DNA of 64,000 nucleotides, from IMG/VR virus record IMGVR_UViG_3300028394_002011. One strand, written 5' to 3'. Shown piece by piece: positions 1 through 8,524 of the stretch. The notes under the pieces were generated by a model. The model had not been told where the DNA came from. It did not search any database and worked only from the letters and a program-made list of their open reading frames with translations. Source of the stretch: a virus. Numbering within the stretch: position 1 is the stretch's first letter; each line of letters opens with the position of its first letter. Both the position numbers and the translations under genes were made by a program.

Positions 1-405
1 AGAGATCTCGCTACTCATTTACCACAATACGAATTTGTAGTTTGTCAAGATCAACATCTAACAAAAAATGAATATCATAACTTGTTAGGCGAAGCAAAGA
101 TGGTGTTTAGTGCTAACTTACAAGAAACTTTAGGCATTAGTTGCTACGAAGGTGCAGTAGTTGATGCTATACCACTAGTACCTGATAGACTTAGTTATAC
201 TGAGATGTATTCGGATACGTTTAAGTACCCAAGTGTATGGACTGAAAATTTTGAATCATATCAAACACATCGTCCTAATTTATGTTTTGCAATTATGCAA
301 CACATGGATCATTATTCTACACGTATTCCGCAAATTAAAAAACAAACGGAGGTGTTACATGAGCAGTTCTTCTCAGCAACCAGACTCATCGATAACATTA
401 AGTGA
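1..405 (+). CDS. Glycosyltransferase, GT4/GT-B fold, C-terminal part (5'-truncated by window edge; resembles GTDC1/DUF3524-type)
   Basis: Frame is open from base 1 (RDLATHLPQYEFVVCQ...). Motif ETLGISCYEG...PLVPDRLSYTEMY matches the GT4 E-x7-E donor-binding signature. Confidence 0.7.
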   Translation, partial: RDLATHLPQYEFVVCQDQHLTKNEYHNLLGEAKMVFSANLQETLGISCYEGAVVDAIPLVPDRLSYTEMYSDTFKYPSVWTENFESYQTHRPNLCFAIMQHMDHYSTRIPQIKKQTEVLHEQFFSATRLIDNIK

Positions 406-775
406 CACTTACACTATCGATGTAAGCAACATGTCTACTTTTAATTTTACCAATAATGATACTATTACATTAACTGGTTATAGCCCTTGCACCGTGTCGT
501 ATCCTACTCATTATAGTAGCCCGTCAACTTTGACTACTACACAAATTTCAAGTTTGACTACTGCACAACTGGGTTCAATAACTAGTATAGATACATCAGC
601 GTTTACAATAAGTTTTCCGGAAGAGTGGGTCAATTGTTTTCCTGAGTTTAAACGTATTGAAAAAATGTGTGAAGAATATCCTGGATTAAAGATAGCCTAC
701 GAAAAATTTGTAACAACTTATAAACTAGTAACAGATCACTATGATACTCCAAAAGATAAAAGACCTAAGCCTTAA
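359..775 (+). CDS. Hypothetical protein with Ser/Thr-rich N-terminus
   Basis: ATG at 359 follows GGAGGT RBS. The ORF-track start at 233 overlaps the upstream gene and is unlikely. Confidence 0.65.
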   Translation: MSSSSQQPDSSITLSDTYTIDVSNMSTFNFTNNDTITLTGYSPCTVSYPTHYSSPSTLTTTQISSLTTAQLGSITSIDTSAFTISFPEEWVNCFPEFKRIEKMCEEYPGLKIAYEKFVTTYKLVTDHYDTPKDKRPKP

Positions 776-1217
776 TTGGTTGGAGAGGCTAGACCGCAAA
801 CGCATCATTATGGATCGGCAGTGTAACGAGCCGTTGTTGACTCGTTATTACTTATTTTTAAAAGAACGTAAGCATTTTCCATTCAATGTGTTCTTACACA
901 AGTTTCACAAAGGCGATCCTGGTGATGTGCATGATCATCCGTGGCCGTATGCTACACTAATATTAAAAGGCGGTTACTATGAATACACTCCTAATTTCGA
1001 ACATGGCAAGATGGTTGGAGAAACTAAGCATTGGCGTGGTCCTGGTCACTGGCGCATTTGCAGTGCTAACAGCTACCATCGTATCGAATTGGTTCTTGGA
1101 ATAACTGCTTGGACTTTGTTTATGCCAGGTCCGCAACGTCAAGAATGGGGATTTTTAGTGAACAACAAATGGATACACAATGACCAATACCTTGAAGACC
1201 GTAAACAAAATGTCTAG
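741..1217 (+). CDS. Cupin/double-stranded beta-helix metal-binding protein
   Basis: HDHPW...ILKGGYYE and YHRIEL...WTLF motifs typical of cupin His ligands. Confidence 0.6.
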   Translation: MILQKIKDLSLNWLERLDRKRIIMDRQCNEPLLTRYYLFLKERKHFPFNVFLHKFHKGDPGDVHDHPWPYATLILKGGYYEYTPNFEHGKMVGETKHWRGPGHWRICSANSYHRIELVLGITAWTLFMPGPQRQEWGFLVNNKWIHNDQYLEDRKQNV

Positions 1218-1605
1218 GACTCCACCACAAGCTGTAGTTGGTATTACTACGCATGGGTTGTACGGTGCCGTTCCTCCGCAATTAAGCGGGCAGGTTTATA
1301 CAACTAACACTACAGCTGGACAGTTTTTAACATCAACTGGTAACGGCACAAGCTGGACTAATAACCCCGTTGACAATGTAATGGTTGTTAGTAATAATCC
1401 GGCCGAATTAGAAGTTAAAGGTCGAATGGTATTAAACGGGAGAGATTTGGAAGAACGGTTGGACACAATCGAAAAAGTCTTGCAAATTCCTGAAAGAGAT
1501 GTTATACTTGAGAAGAAACATCCAAAGTTAAAAAAGTTATATGACGACTATATTAACGCATTGGGTAAGTATAGAACATTTGAATCAATCAAAGGAGATG
1601 AATAA
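1210..1605 (+). CDS. Hypothetical phage protein
   Basis: ORF in a coupled gene run; low-complexity N-terminus and helical C-terminus. Confidence 0.65.
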   Translation: MSRTPPQAVVGITTHGLYGAVPPQLSGQVYTTNTTAGQFLTSTGNGTSWTNNPVDNVMVVSNNPAELEVKGRMVLNGRDLEERLDTIEKVLQIPERDVILEKKHPKLKKLYDDYINALGKYRTFESIKGDE

Positions 1606-1838
1606 TGGAATTACATGAATCAGTTAAAGGTACGTATACAGAAACCCTTATCAAAGAACAAGACGGATTTCGTCTTGTGTTAAAAAAACACGAAGTACTT
1701 GCTCCTAAAGGGTTGTTCAGCGTCAACATGGAACAACAAACATTAGGACTCAACGGCGAAGTTCGAGATACAGCAGTATATAATTTCTTTATGACCAAAG
1801 AAGAAATATCAAAATTGGCTTCAGCGTTAACAGCATGA
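1605..1838 (+). CDS. Hypothetical protein
   Basis: TAATG coupling upstream, ATGA overlap downstream, GGAG RBS. Confidence 0.7.
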   Translation: MELHESVKGTYTETLIKEQDGFRLVLKKHEVLAPKGLFSVNMEQQTLGLNGEVRDTAVYNFFMTKEEISKLASALTA

Positions 1839-2326
1839 ACAAGATCTATTACACTTGGCAACAAGTAGAAGGTGCATGTTTAGAAATTGCTAGACAAATG
1901 CATGTTCATTATTGGCGGCCAGATTATATAGTGGGCATTACACGCGGCGGTCTTGTTCCTGCTAATTTATTGAGTCAGTACACAGGCATTAAAATGAACA
2001 GCCTAGACATTAGTCTACGAGATGGCGGCGATTGTGTTAGTAATTTGGGTATGGCCGAAGATGCATTTAACGGTAAAAAGATTCTTATAGTCGATGATAT
2101 TAACGATCAAGGATCCACTGTTAATTGGATTAAACAAGATTGGCCAAGTGGTTGTTTTCCCGACGATCCTAAATGGGTAGGCATCTGGGGAGATAATGTT
2201 CGATTTGCAGTTTTAACACACAATCAATCAAGTCAGTTTAAAGATCCAGACTATTATGTATGGGCTGTAAACAAAGCAGAAGAAGATTGTTGGTTAGTTT
2301 ATCCTTGGGAGGAGTTTTGGTTATGA
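1835..2326 (+). CDS. Type I phosphoribosyltransferase (Gpt/purine PRTase-like)
   Basis: IVGITRGG, PRPP-binding loop KKILIVDDINDQGST, C-terminal WLVYPWE. Confidence 0.85.
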   Translation: MNKIYYTWQQVEGACLEIARQMHVHYWRPDYIVGITRGGLVPANLLSQYTGIKMNSLDISLRDGGDCVSNLGMAEDAFNGKKILIVDDINDQGSTVNWIKQDWPSGCFPDDPKWVGIWGDNVRFAVLTHNQSSQFKDPDYYVWAVNKAEEDCWLVYPWEEFWL

Positions 2327-2520
2327 CATCAGCATTTATTAAATTAATTTTAGGCATTGCACTAATTGTAATTGTTGTTGTGTTTGGCCCCATTGTAGGA
2401 ATATGGAGCTTAAACACGCTATTTCCTGTGTTGCAGATACCATTAACAGTAGAAACATGGTGTGCATTTTTCTTACTATTTGGAAGCATAACAGGCTTAC
2501 GAATTGGTACAAACAAGTAA
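2323..2520 (+). CDS. Small membrane protein (about two TM helices)
   Basis: ATGA overlap at 2323 after GGAGGAG; strongly hydrophobic sequence. Confidence 0.65.
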   Translation: MTSAFIKLILGIALIVIVVVFGPIVGIWSLNTLFPVLQIPLTVETWCAFFLLFGSITGLRIGTNK

Positions 2521-2529
2521 AGGAATAAT

Positions 2530-2715
2530 ATGGCAAATCCAACTCCACCAGAAATATTGATTGCTGATTTTCAAACTAAGATTGATATAGTTGAAAACGA
2601 TATTAAAAAATTGCAAGCAGACGGCTCTAGTCCGCGCAAAGTTGAAGCATTAACAGAATATAAAAAATATTTAGAAGACCAACTTAACTCAATGACCCAT
2701 GGCGACAGATCTTGA
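2530..2715 (+). CDS. Small coiled-coil hypothetical protein
   Basis: AGGA RBS; 61 aa. Confidence 0.6.
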   Translation: MANPTPPEILIADFQTKIDIVENDIKKLQADGSSPRKVEALTEYKKYLEDQLNSMTHGDRS

Positions 2716-3082
2716 AAGAGCACTTGATGAAAACAGAGCACCGTGGACCGGTATTGAATACCGAACTAAAGACTATTGGGTCTTTCGAGATGCATACCCT
2801 GTCACAGAAGGACATTTGCTTTTTGTGCCTACCAAAGAAGACTGGGACCATCTCTGGGACTGCTACAAAGCCGCATACAAATTTGGCTACATGGGTGTCG
2901 AATCAGGCAAGTGGGACGCTTTCAATGTCGGACAAAACTGTGGCGAGGCTGCTGGTCAAACAGTAATGTATCCACACGTTCATATGATTCCAAGACGTAA
3001 GGGAGATATGCAAGATCCCCGTGGAGGAGTTAGACATGTTATACCAGAAAAAGGAAACTATAAAAATGCAAATAAGAGTTAA
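2699..3082 (+). CDS. HIT-family nucleotide hydrolase
   Basis: DAYPVTEGHLLFVP, FNVGQNCG, AGQTVMYPHVHMIPR (histidine-triad region). Confidence 0.9.
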   Translation: MATDLERALDENRAPWTGIEYRTKDYWVFRDAYPVTEGHLLFVPTKEDWDHLWDCYKAAYKFGYMGVESGKWDAFNVGQNCGEAAGQTVMYPHVHMIPRRKGDMQDPRGGVRHVIPEKGNYKNANKS

Positions 3083-3233
3083 AGAAAATCCAGAAGAGTT
3101 TGGAAAATGCGGTTGTGGTCGTAGTCCAACAGGCAAGTGTTGTGGCTGGCATGGTCTAACCGAAGAACAATATGCAGACCGTAAAGAGAAGTACGAAACA
3201 GGACAACAGGACCTAAGTGGCAAAGACATCTAA
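3066..3233 (+). CDS. CDGSH-like Cys/His metal-binding protein
   Basis: CGCGRSPTGKCCGWH resembles C-x-C-x2-S-x3-P-x-C-D-G-x-H. Confidence 0.6.
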   Translation: MQIRVKENPEEFGKCGCGRSPTGKCCGWHGLTEEQYADRKEKYETGQQDLSGKDI

Positions 3234-3423
3234 TACTGTTACTGTACTATGGGATAACCAGAATGGATTCTGGTGGAATGAAACCTGCGCTATTGTGTTA
3301 GAAGTATTTGGATTACCTGGAGATCGGTACATTACCAAACCCAGTCATGATGCCATGTTCTTTGATTTTAAAAACGAGAAGGATGCTGACTTATGCAGAA
3401 TTTTACTAAGCGAGAGACTGTAG
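3217..3423 (+). CDS. Hypothetical protein
   Basis: Overlapping gene run; 68 aa. Confidence 0.6.
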   Translation: MAKTSNTVTVLWDNQNGFWWNETCAIVLEVFGLPGDRYITKPSHDAMFFDFKNEKDADLCRILLSERL

Positions 3424-3608
3424 AAATAGCCGTAATTGCTATTGCATTTTTAATATCAATTCCGATAATATTTTTATCATTGCCAAAAAAAGGCGATGTA
3501 ATACGATACGATTGTTCAATATCCGAAATTAGCCCTGACTTTCCTTTAGAAGTTAAGGAACAATGCCGAAAACTTCGAGCAGAAAATATCTTGCAAAAAC
3601 CTAAATAA
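3393..3608 (+). CDS. Small membrane-anchored protein
   Basis: N-terminal hydrophobic helix followed by a two-Cys domain; start uncertain. Confidence 0.55.
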   Translation: MQNFTKRETVEIAVIAIAFLISIPIIFLSLPKKGDVIRYDCSISEISPDFPLEVKEQCRKLRAENILQKPK

Positions 3609-3619
3609 ACCTATATAAT
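3591..3619 (+). promoter_or_regulatory. sigma70-like promoter upstream of folE
   Basis: TTGCAA-N17-TATAAT, with TAAATA inside the spacer. Confidence 0.65.
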
Positions 3620-3637
3620 ACAAACATAGGAGTAATA

Positions 3638-4462
3638 ATGACTAGAGAATTTAAACCCGATCCCGTAATGAACGGTGGCATTGATACAGAATTTAAAACT
3701 GACGAATATCAACCGTTAGGCAAAGAAGTATATGTAAAGGCCGCAGACATGATGTCTGATAAAGGCTATTCAGAAGGTTACCTCGGTGCAAATATTCGTG
3801 CTAGAATGAAACGTGATAAAAAACGTTTCTGGGCAGGAGATAATATCAGCGATTATCTCCACGAAGGCGACAAAGAAAAATTAATCGACGAAGCAACAGA
3901 AGCCTTTGAAGAAGTACTCGATCGATTGCTTATTGATCGAGAAAACGATCCAAACTCAAAAGGCACAGCACGTAGACTTGCCAAGATGTACTTTAATGAA
4001 ATAATGGCAGGTAGATATGAACCAGCACCAGACGCAACAGCATTTCCAAATGATACGAAGGACCGTTACGAAGGTATGTTGGTTGTCCGTAGTGAGCTTC
4101 GCAGTATGTGTAGCCATCATCACCAACCCGTTACTGGCGTTGCTTATATTGGTATTATTGCGGCTGAGAAACTCATCGGACTTAGCAAGTATACAAGGAT
4201 CGCTCAGTGGTGTGCCCGTCGAGGTACTCTCCAGGAGGAACTTTGTAATGACATTGCTAGGGAAATCCAAAAAGCCACAGGCGCTGAAAACTTAGGCGTA
4301 TATATTCAGGCTATACATGGTTGTTGTGAAAATCGTGGAATTATGGCACACTCAAGTCTTACACAGACTACTGTGCTACAAGGTACATTTAAGACTGACC
4401 CTGGAGCGAAGAAAGAATTTTTTGACAATATTAAAATGCAACAGGAGTTTGCCCCAAGATGA
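3638..4462 (+). CDS. folE: GTP cyclohydrolase I
   Basis: RSMCSHHHQP, IGLSKYTRIAQW..RR..LQE and AIHGCCENRG motifs; N-terminal extension. Confidence 0.93.
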   Translation: MTREFKPDPVMNGGIDTEFKTDEYQPLGKEVYVKAADMMSDKGYSEGYLGANIRARMKRDKKRFWAGDNISDYLHEGDKEKLIDEATEAFEEVLDRLLIDRENDPNSKGTARRLAKMYFNEIMAGRYEPAPDATAFPNDTKDRYEGMLVVRSELRSMCSHHHQPVTGVAYIGIIAAEKLIGLSKYTRIAQWCARRGTLQEELCNDIAREIQKATGAENLGVYIQAIHGCCENRGIMAHSSLTQTTVLQGTFKTDPGAKKEFFDNIKMQQEFAPR

Positions 4463-4677
4463 CGACAGCCCAAGATTTAACTAATCAATTAATACATCGT
4501 GCAAAAAATCTAAAAGAGTTTGTGGTAGAAAGAGATTTTGATAGCATACCCGGTGGTATTGTTAGATTCAACATACAACATACAATAGGACAATCTGCTC
4601 GGTTATTTGTGCCTGCACTTACGCAAGCGGAAGCAGAAGAAATGGTAGACGAATGGTTTGAGGAGGATGTAGAATGA
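4459..4677 (+). CDS. Hypothetical protein
   Basis: ATGA overlap with folE stop. Confidence 0.65.
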   Translation: MTTAQDLTNQLIHRAKNLKEFVVERDFDSIPGGIVRFNIQHTIGQSARLFVPALTQAEAEEMVDEWFEEDVE

Positions 4678-4847
4678 ATCCAAAATATCTTTATACTATT
4701 AAGTGGACACAACCGTATGCCACTTGCCAAATGCGTCCGTATCTTAGACACCTTCGCGAAGAATACGAAATTCAAATTGAAGCTAGGTTGGCCCGTGGTG
4801 AATTTGATGATGCAAAGAAAGTGATAAAAAGGATCATGTCATTATGA
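4674..4847 (+). CDS. Small hypothetical protein (57 aa, not in ORF track)
   Basis: MNPKYLYTIKW...KRIMSL; ATGA overlaps at both ends; GGAGG RBS. Confidence 0.65.
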   Translation: MNPKYLYTIKWTQPYATCQMRPYLRHLREEYEIQIEARLARGEFDDAKKVIKRIMSL

Positions 4848-5170
4848 AATGGTTTAAAAGAATGATAGTCAAGTGGGTGCGAGAAGATTGGGAAAACGCT
4901 GGCCAAGACTCTCGTACAGAAGAAGATTGTTATGCAACTCCTAAAATGGGCCGCGGCAATCCTATCAGTACGATCAGTGGTCGTGCTCATATCGATAGCG
5001 AACCCACACTGCAATTCAAAGTTTATAGTGCAGTTGGTGGTAAGGTTGTGGAGTTCCATCGCTATGATCCTAAAACTGATCGTAATGATCGCCAGGTATA
5101 CATTATTGGTAAAGACGAAGACTTTGGCGAAAAGATTGCTAAAATTTCAATGTTGGAGTCACTACGATGA
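4844..5170 (+). CDS. Hypothetical phage protein
   Basis: ATGA overlaps at both ends. Confidence 0.7.
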   Translation: MKWFKRMIVKWVREDWENAGQDSRTEEDCYATPKMGRGNPISTISGRAHIDSEPTLQFKVYSAVGGKVVEFHRYDPKTDRNDRQVYIIGKDEDFGEKIAKISMLESLR

Positions 5171-5517
5171 AAATACAAGTGCCAGCCGAAGGCATTATGA
5201 AAACAAACGATTGGGGTGACAGTAGAGTCTACCGAATTGCTTGTAATTGCGGAGATGAAAATCACAATCACAACATGTGGGTAGAAGCAGATGATTGCGA
5301 TATTGTTGTAACCATTTACACTACAGGCAAAACAAATTGGTGGAGTAAAACACGGTGGTATCATATTTGGACACTGTTGACCAAAGGATACATCGACACT
5401 GAATCTTCAGTTCACTTGACAAACCAGCAGGCTTTCAACTATGCTAACACATTATTAAGTGCCGTACAAGACTTAGAACAATTTAGGAAAAAGAATGAGC
5501 AAACTAAAAATAGCTGA
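5167..5517 (+). CDS. Hypothetical protein with C-x-C..H..H motif
   Basis: IACNCGDENHNH; coupled gene run. Confidence 0.65.
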   Translation: MKIQVPAEGIMKTNDWGDSRVYRIACNCGDENHNHNMWVEADDCDIVVTIYTTGKTNWWSKTRWYHIWTLLTKGYIDTESSVHLTNQQAFNYANTLLSAVQDLEQFRKKNEQTKNS

Positions 5518-6346
5518 ATTATTTTATAGCATACAGGGTGAAGGACGCTACATGGGTGTACCGTCCGTTTTCTTACGAACATTTGGTTGTAATTTCAAAT
5601 GTGCAGGCTTTGGTATGCCTAGAGGACAACTGAGTACTGAAACAGAGTCAATTGCTGAACGTATTGCAGAATTTAAAACTTACAACGATTTGCCATTAGT
5701 AAGCACAGGTTGTGACAGTTATGCCAGCTGGGATCCACGTTTTAAAGACCTAAGCCCTTTGATGGAAACAGATGGCATTGCAGAACAGATTGTAGAAATA
5801 CTGCCACATAAAACATGGGTTGACGAGCATTTGGTTATTACTGGCGGTGAACCGCTACTAGGTTGGCAACGTGCTTATCCTGATTTACTGGATCATGTTT
5901 ATATGAGGCAATTGAAAGAAATTACTTTTGAAACAAATGGAACTCAACTATTAACACCCGAATTTAAAGAATACTTGCAGGATTGGACCATGCGTATGCC
6001 TGGTGAACGGTGTGTGACATTTAGTGTTAGTGCCAAATTAAGTTGCAGTGGTGAGGCAAGACACGAAGCTATTAAACCTGAAGTTGTTAATGACTATCAA
6101 GATGTGGGCTATGTGTATTTGAAATTTGTAGTGGCAACTGAAGAAGATGCAGAAGAAGCAATTGAAACCGCAGACATTTATAGAGAAAATGGATTTACTG
6201 GTCCAGTATACTTAATGCCCGTTGGTGGTGTTGAAAGTGTTTATGCATTGAACAATCGCCGTGTTGCAGAACTTGCTATGAAAAATGGCTTGCGCTACAG
6301 CGATAGACTACAAGTGCCGTTGTTTAAAAACGAGTGGGGAACTTGA
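5495..6346 (+). CDS. queE: 7-carboxy-7-deazaguanine synthase (radical SAM)
   Basis: ELFYSIQGEG, FLRTFGCNFKC...CDS, VITGGEPLL, FETNGT, SAKL. Confidence 0.88.
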   Translation: MSKLKIAELFYSIQGEGRYMGVPSVFLRTFGCNFKCAGFGMPRGQLSTETESIAERIAEFKTYNDLPLVSTGCDSYASWDPRFKDLSPLMETDGIAEQIVEILPHKTWVDEHLVITGGEPLLGWQRAYPDLLDHVYMRQLKEITFETNGTQLLTPEFKEYLQDWTMRMPGERCVTFSVSAKLSCSGEARHEAIKPEVVNDYQDVGYVYLKFVVATEEDAEEAIETADIYRENGFTGPVYLMPVGGVESVYALNNRRVAELAMKNGLRYSDRLQVPLFKNEWGT

Positions 6347-6780
6347 TGAAAAAATTAATCAAACGATTATTTGGTATTGATAAACTTGAAGCTGAAAAAA
6401 CTCAAGCGCAAGAAGCACTGGCTCTAGCACAAGCAGAAACAACCAAAGCTCAAGAATTAGAAGCTCAAGCTAAATTAACACCAAAAGAACGTGCTACTGC
6501 CAAAGGCGAGCCTTGGGTAGCTGTACTGGACACTCATGTAAACAAAGATAATATACGTAATGGATTCTTTGAGCTTGACTGGAATGAGATATTTGTGTTA
6601 GAATTAAAACGTGCAGGATACGGCTACGATGGAGATCCTGATGAAGAAATTGTAGATCGTTGGTTTAGAGATTTGGCAAGAAACATGTTGGGCGAAGCTG
6701 GAGTAGCTGATCCCGGACGTGTAGGTGCTGGATATATTAATGTAACAAAACTTGCCGATGGCAAAGCAGAGATAGAATGA
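6346..6780 (+). CDS. Hypothetical phage protein
   Basis: TGATG coupling with queE. Confidence 0.7.
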   Translation: MKKLIKRLFGIDKLEAEKTQAQEALALAQAETTKAQELEAQAKLTPKERATAKGEPWVAVLDTHVNKDNIRNGFFELDWNEIFVLELKRAGYGYDGDPDEEIVDRWFRDLARNMLGEAGVADPGRVGAGYINVTKLADGKAEIE

Positions 6781-7763
6781 CACATATTATAGTTGATACT
6801 GCTAACACGTTCTTTCGTGCTAGACATGTGGTGCAAGGCAGTGCTGATATCAAACTTGGCATGGCTTTTCATATTACTTTCAACTCTATTAAAAAAGCAT
6901 GGCAAGACTTTGGCGGTAGTCATGTGGTGTTCTGCCTCGAAGGTCGTAGCTGGCGTAAGGACTTTTATACTCCGTATAAGGCCAATCGTAAAGAAGCTAG
7001 AGATGCGTTAACTGAAAAACAACAAGAAGAAGACAAGTTGTTTTGGGAAGCATTTGACGAATTCAAAAAGTTTGTCACAGAAAAGACCAACTGCACTGTG
7101 ATGCAACATCCTAATCTAGAAGCAGATGACTTAATTGCTGGCTGGGTACAAGCACATCCAGATACAAAACATGTTATCATCAGCACAGATGGGGATTTTG
7201 CACAATTGATTAACGCTAATGTGAGCCAATATAATGGCGTAGGCGATTTGCATATTACACACGAGGGCACCTTTGATGCTAAAGGTAAACCTGTTAAGGA
7301 TAAAAAGACCGGTGAGCCTAAGGCCGCACAAGATCCAGAATGGATGCTGTTTGAAAAATGTATGCGTGGCGATACCAGCGACAACGTCTTTTCTGCATAT
7401 CCTGGTGTACGTACTAAAGGCAGTAAAAACAAAGTTGGTCTAATTGAAGCGTTTGAAGATCGTAAAAGCAAAGGCTACTCGTGGAACAATCTCATGCTTC
7501 AGCGTTGGACCGATCATAACGGTTTAGAACATCGTGTGCTAGAAGATTATCAACGCAACATACAGTTGTGCGACTTGACTGCACAGCCCGCTGAGATTAA
7601 AGAAAAGATTATGGAAACTGTGAAAGCAAATGCTGTTTCTAAATCTGTAGATCAAGTGGGAATTCGTATGTTAAAATTTTGCAATACGTGGGATATGAAA
7701 AAGATTGCGGACAATATACAAACATATGCAGAACCGTTCCAAGCAAAATACAAGGAAGAATAA
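6777..7763 (+). CDS. rnh: RNase H / 5'-3' flap exonuclease (T4 rnh-like, PIN fold)
   Basis: IIVDTAN, YKANR, LEADDLI, STDGDFAQL, GDTSDNV. Confidence 0.88.
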   Translation: MTHIIVDTANTFFRARHVVQGSADIKLGMAFHITFNSIKKAWQDFGGSHVVFCLEGRSWRKDFYTPYKANRKEARDALTEKQQEEDKLFWEAFDEFKKFVTEKTNCTVMQHPNLEADDLIAGWVQAHPDTKHVIISTDGDFAQLINANVSQYNGVGDLHITHEGTFDAKGKPVKDKKTGEPKAAQDPEWMLFEKCMRGDTSDNVFSAYPGVRTKGSKNKVGLIEAFEDRKSKGYSWNNLMLQRWTDHNGLEHRVLEDYQRNIQLCDLTAQPAEIKEKIMETVKANAVSKSVDQVGIRMLKFCNTWDMKKIADNIQTYAEPFQAKYKEE

Positions 7764-8254
7764 TGACAGAAATATACGCAAAACCTATTGTGGATGGAAA
7801 ATTTTGGATTGTTGAAAAAGATGGATCCAAAATTGCCACATTACATAAAAAAGAAAATAACAAATTTATTTTGAGTAGCACCACCGGCGAGGTAATGTTC
7901 AACAAAAAGCAAGATTTAACCAAACAGTTTGGTGATGGTTTCTTTCTATCTAGTAGCAAAGTCAAAGTCAAAGTTACTGCATCTGAAGAAGAAAATTTTG
8001 AATGTCACGGATACCCAACATTGTGTGAGCCGTTTAATAGTATGTACGATGTGAGACGTAAATTGGCATTATTTACAAAATCAAATGCCAGTAAAAGTTT
8101 ATACTGTGCGGGCTATTACATTATTAAATTTAATAAAGGGTGGGTTAAGAGTTTTTGTCCTAAGGCTATTACCATTGAACGATATCCATTTAAAGGTCCG
8201 TTTAAAGATAAACTAGAAATGAAGGCAGTGTTGGCAAATGCAAAATCCTATTAA
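7763..8254 (+). CDS. Hypothetical phage protein
   Basis: TAATG coupling at 7763; MTEIYAKPIVDGKFW start. Confidence 0.7.
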   Translation: MTEIYAKPIVDGKFWIVEKDGSKIATLHKKENNKFILSSTTGEVMFNKKQDLTKQFGDGFFLSSSKVKVKVTASEEENFECHGYPTLCEPFNSMYDVRRKLALFTKSNASKSLYCAGYYIIKFNKGWVKSFCPKAITIERYPFKGPFKDKLEMKAVLANAKSY

Positions 8255-8486
8255 TCTAACTCCAATAACACAATTTGTTCAGCTACTTAGAGTAGCTGAA
8301 CTTAATCAACAAAAAGAAGTTAAATTGACCATACAGCAAGCAAGGTTATTAAATCTAGCACTAACTGAAACGTTGGATAAACTGAATAGAGACTGGGAAA
8401 CATTGTACAGTGCTCTTAAAAATACTCAAAATACAGAAGTAATAACTGTTACTATGGATGGCGGAGGCTTTGTAGAGCCTAAATAA
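8238..8486 (+). CDS. Hypothetical protein
   Basis: ORF in gene run. Confidence 0.65.
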   Translation: MQNPINLTPITQFVQLLRVAELNQQKEVKLTIQQARLLNLALTETLDKLNRDWETLYSALKNTQNTEVITVTMDGGGFVEPK

Positions 8487-8489
8487 AAG

Positions 8490-8496
8490 ATAAATA
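8490..8496 (+). promoter_or_regulatory. T4-late-like promoter motif ATAAATA
   Basis: Intergenic, about 30 nt before the ATG at 8525. Confidence 0.5.
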
Positions 8497-8524
8497 TATG
8501 CGTACTTATCGAGAGACGCATATT

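Noticed and set aside
6965-7471. 168-aa antisense ORF and the many similar shadow ORFs opposite long genes (e.g. 60700-61209, 62035-62511, 10170-10610)
   Set aside because: They lie wholly antisense to well-supported genes, have no RBS, and show the composition expected from reverse-frame codon bias.
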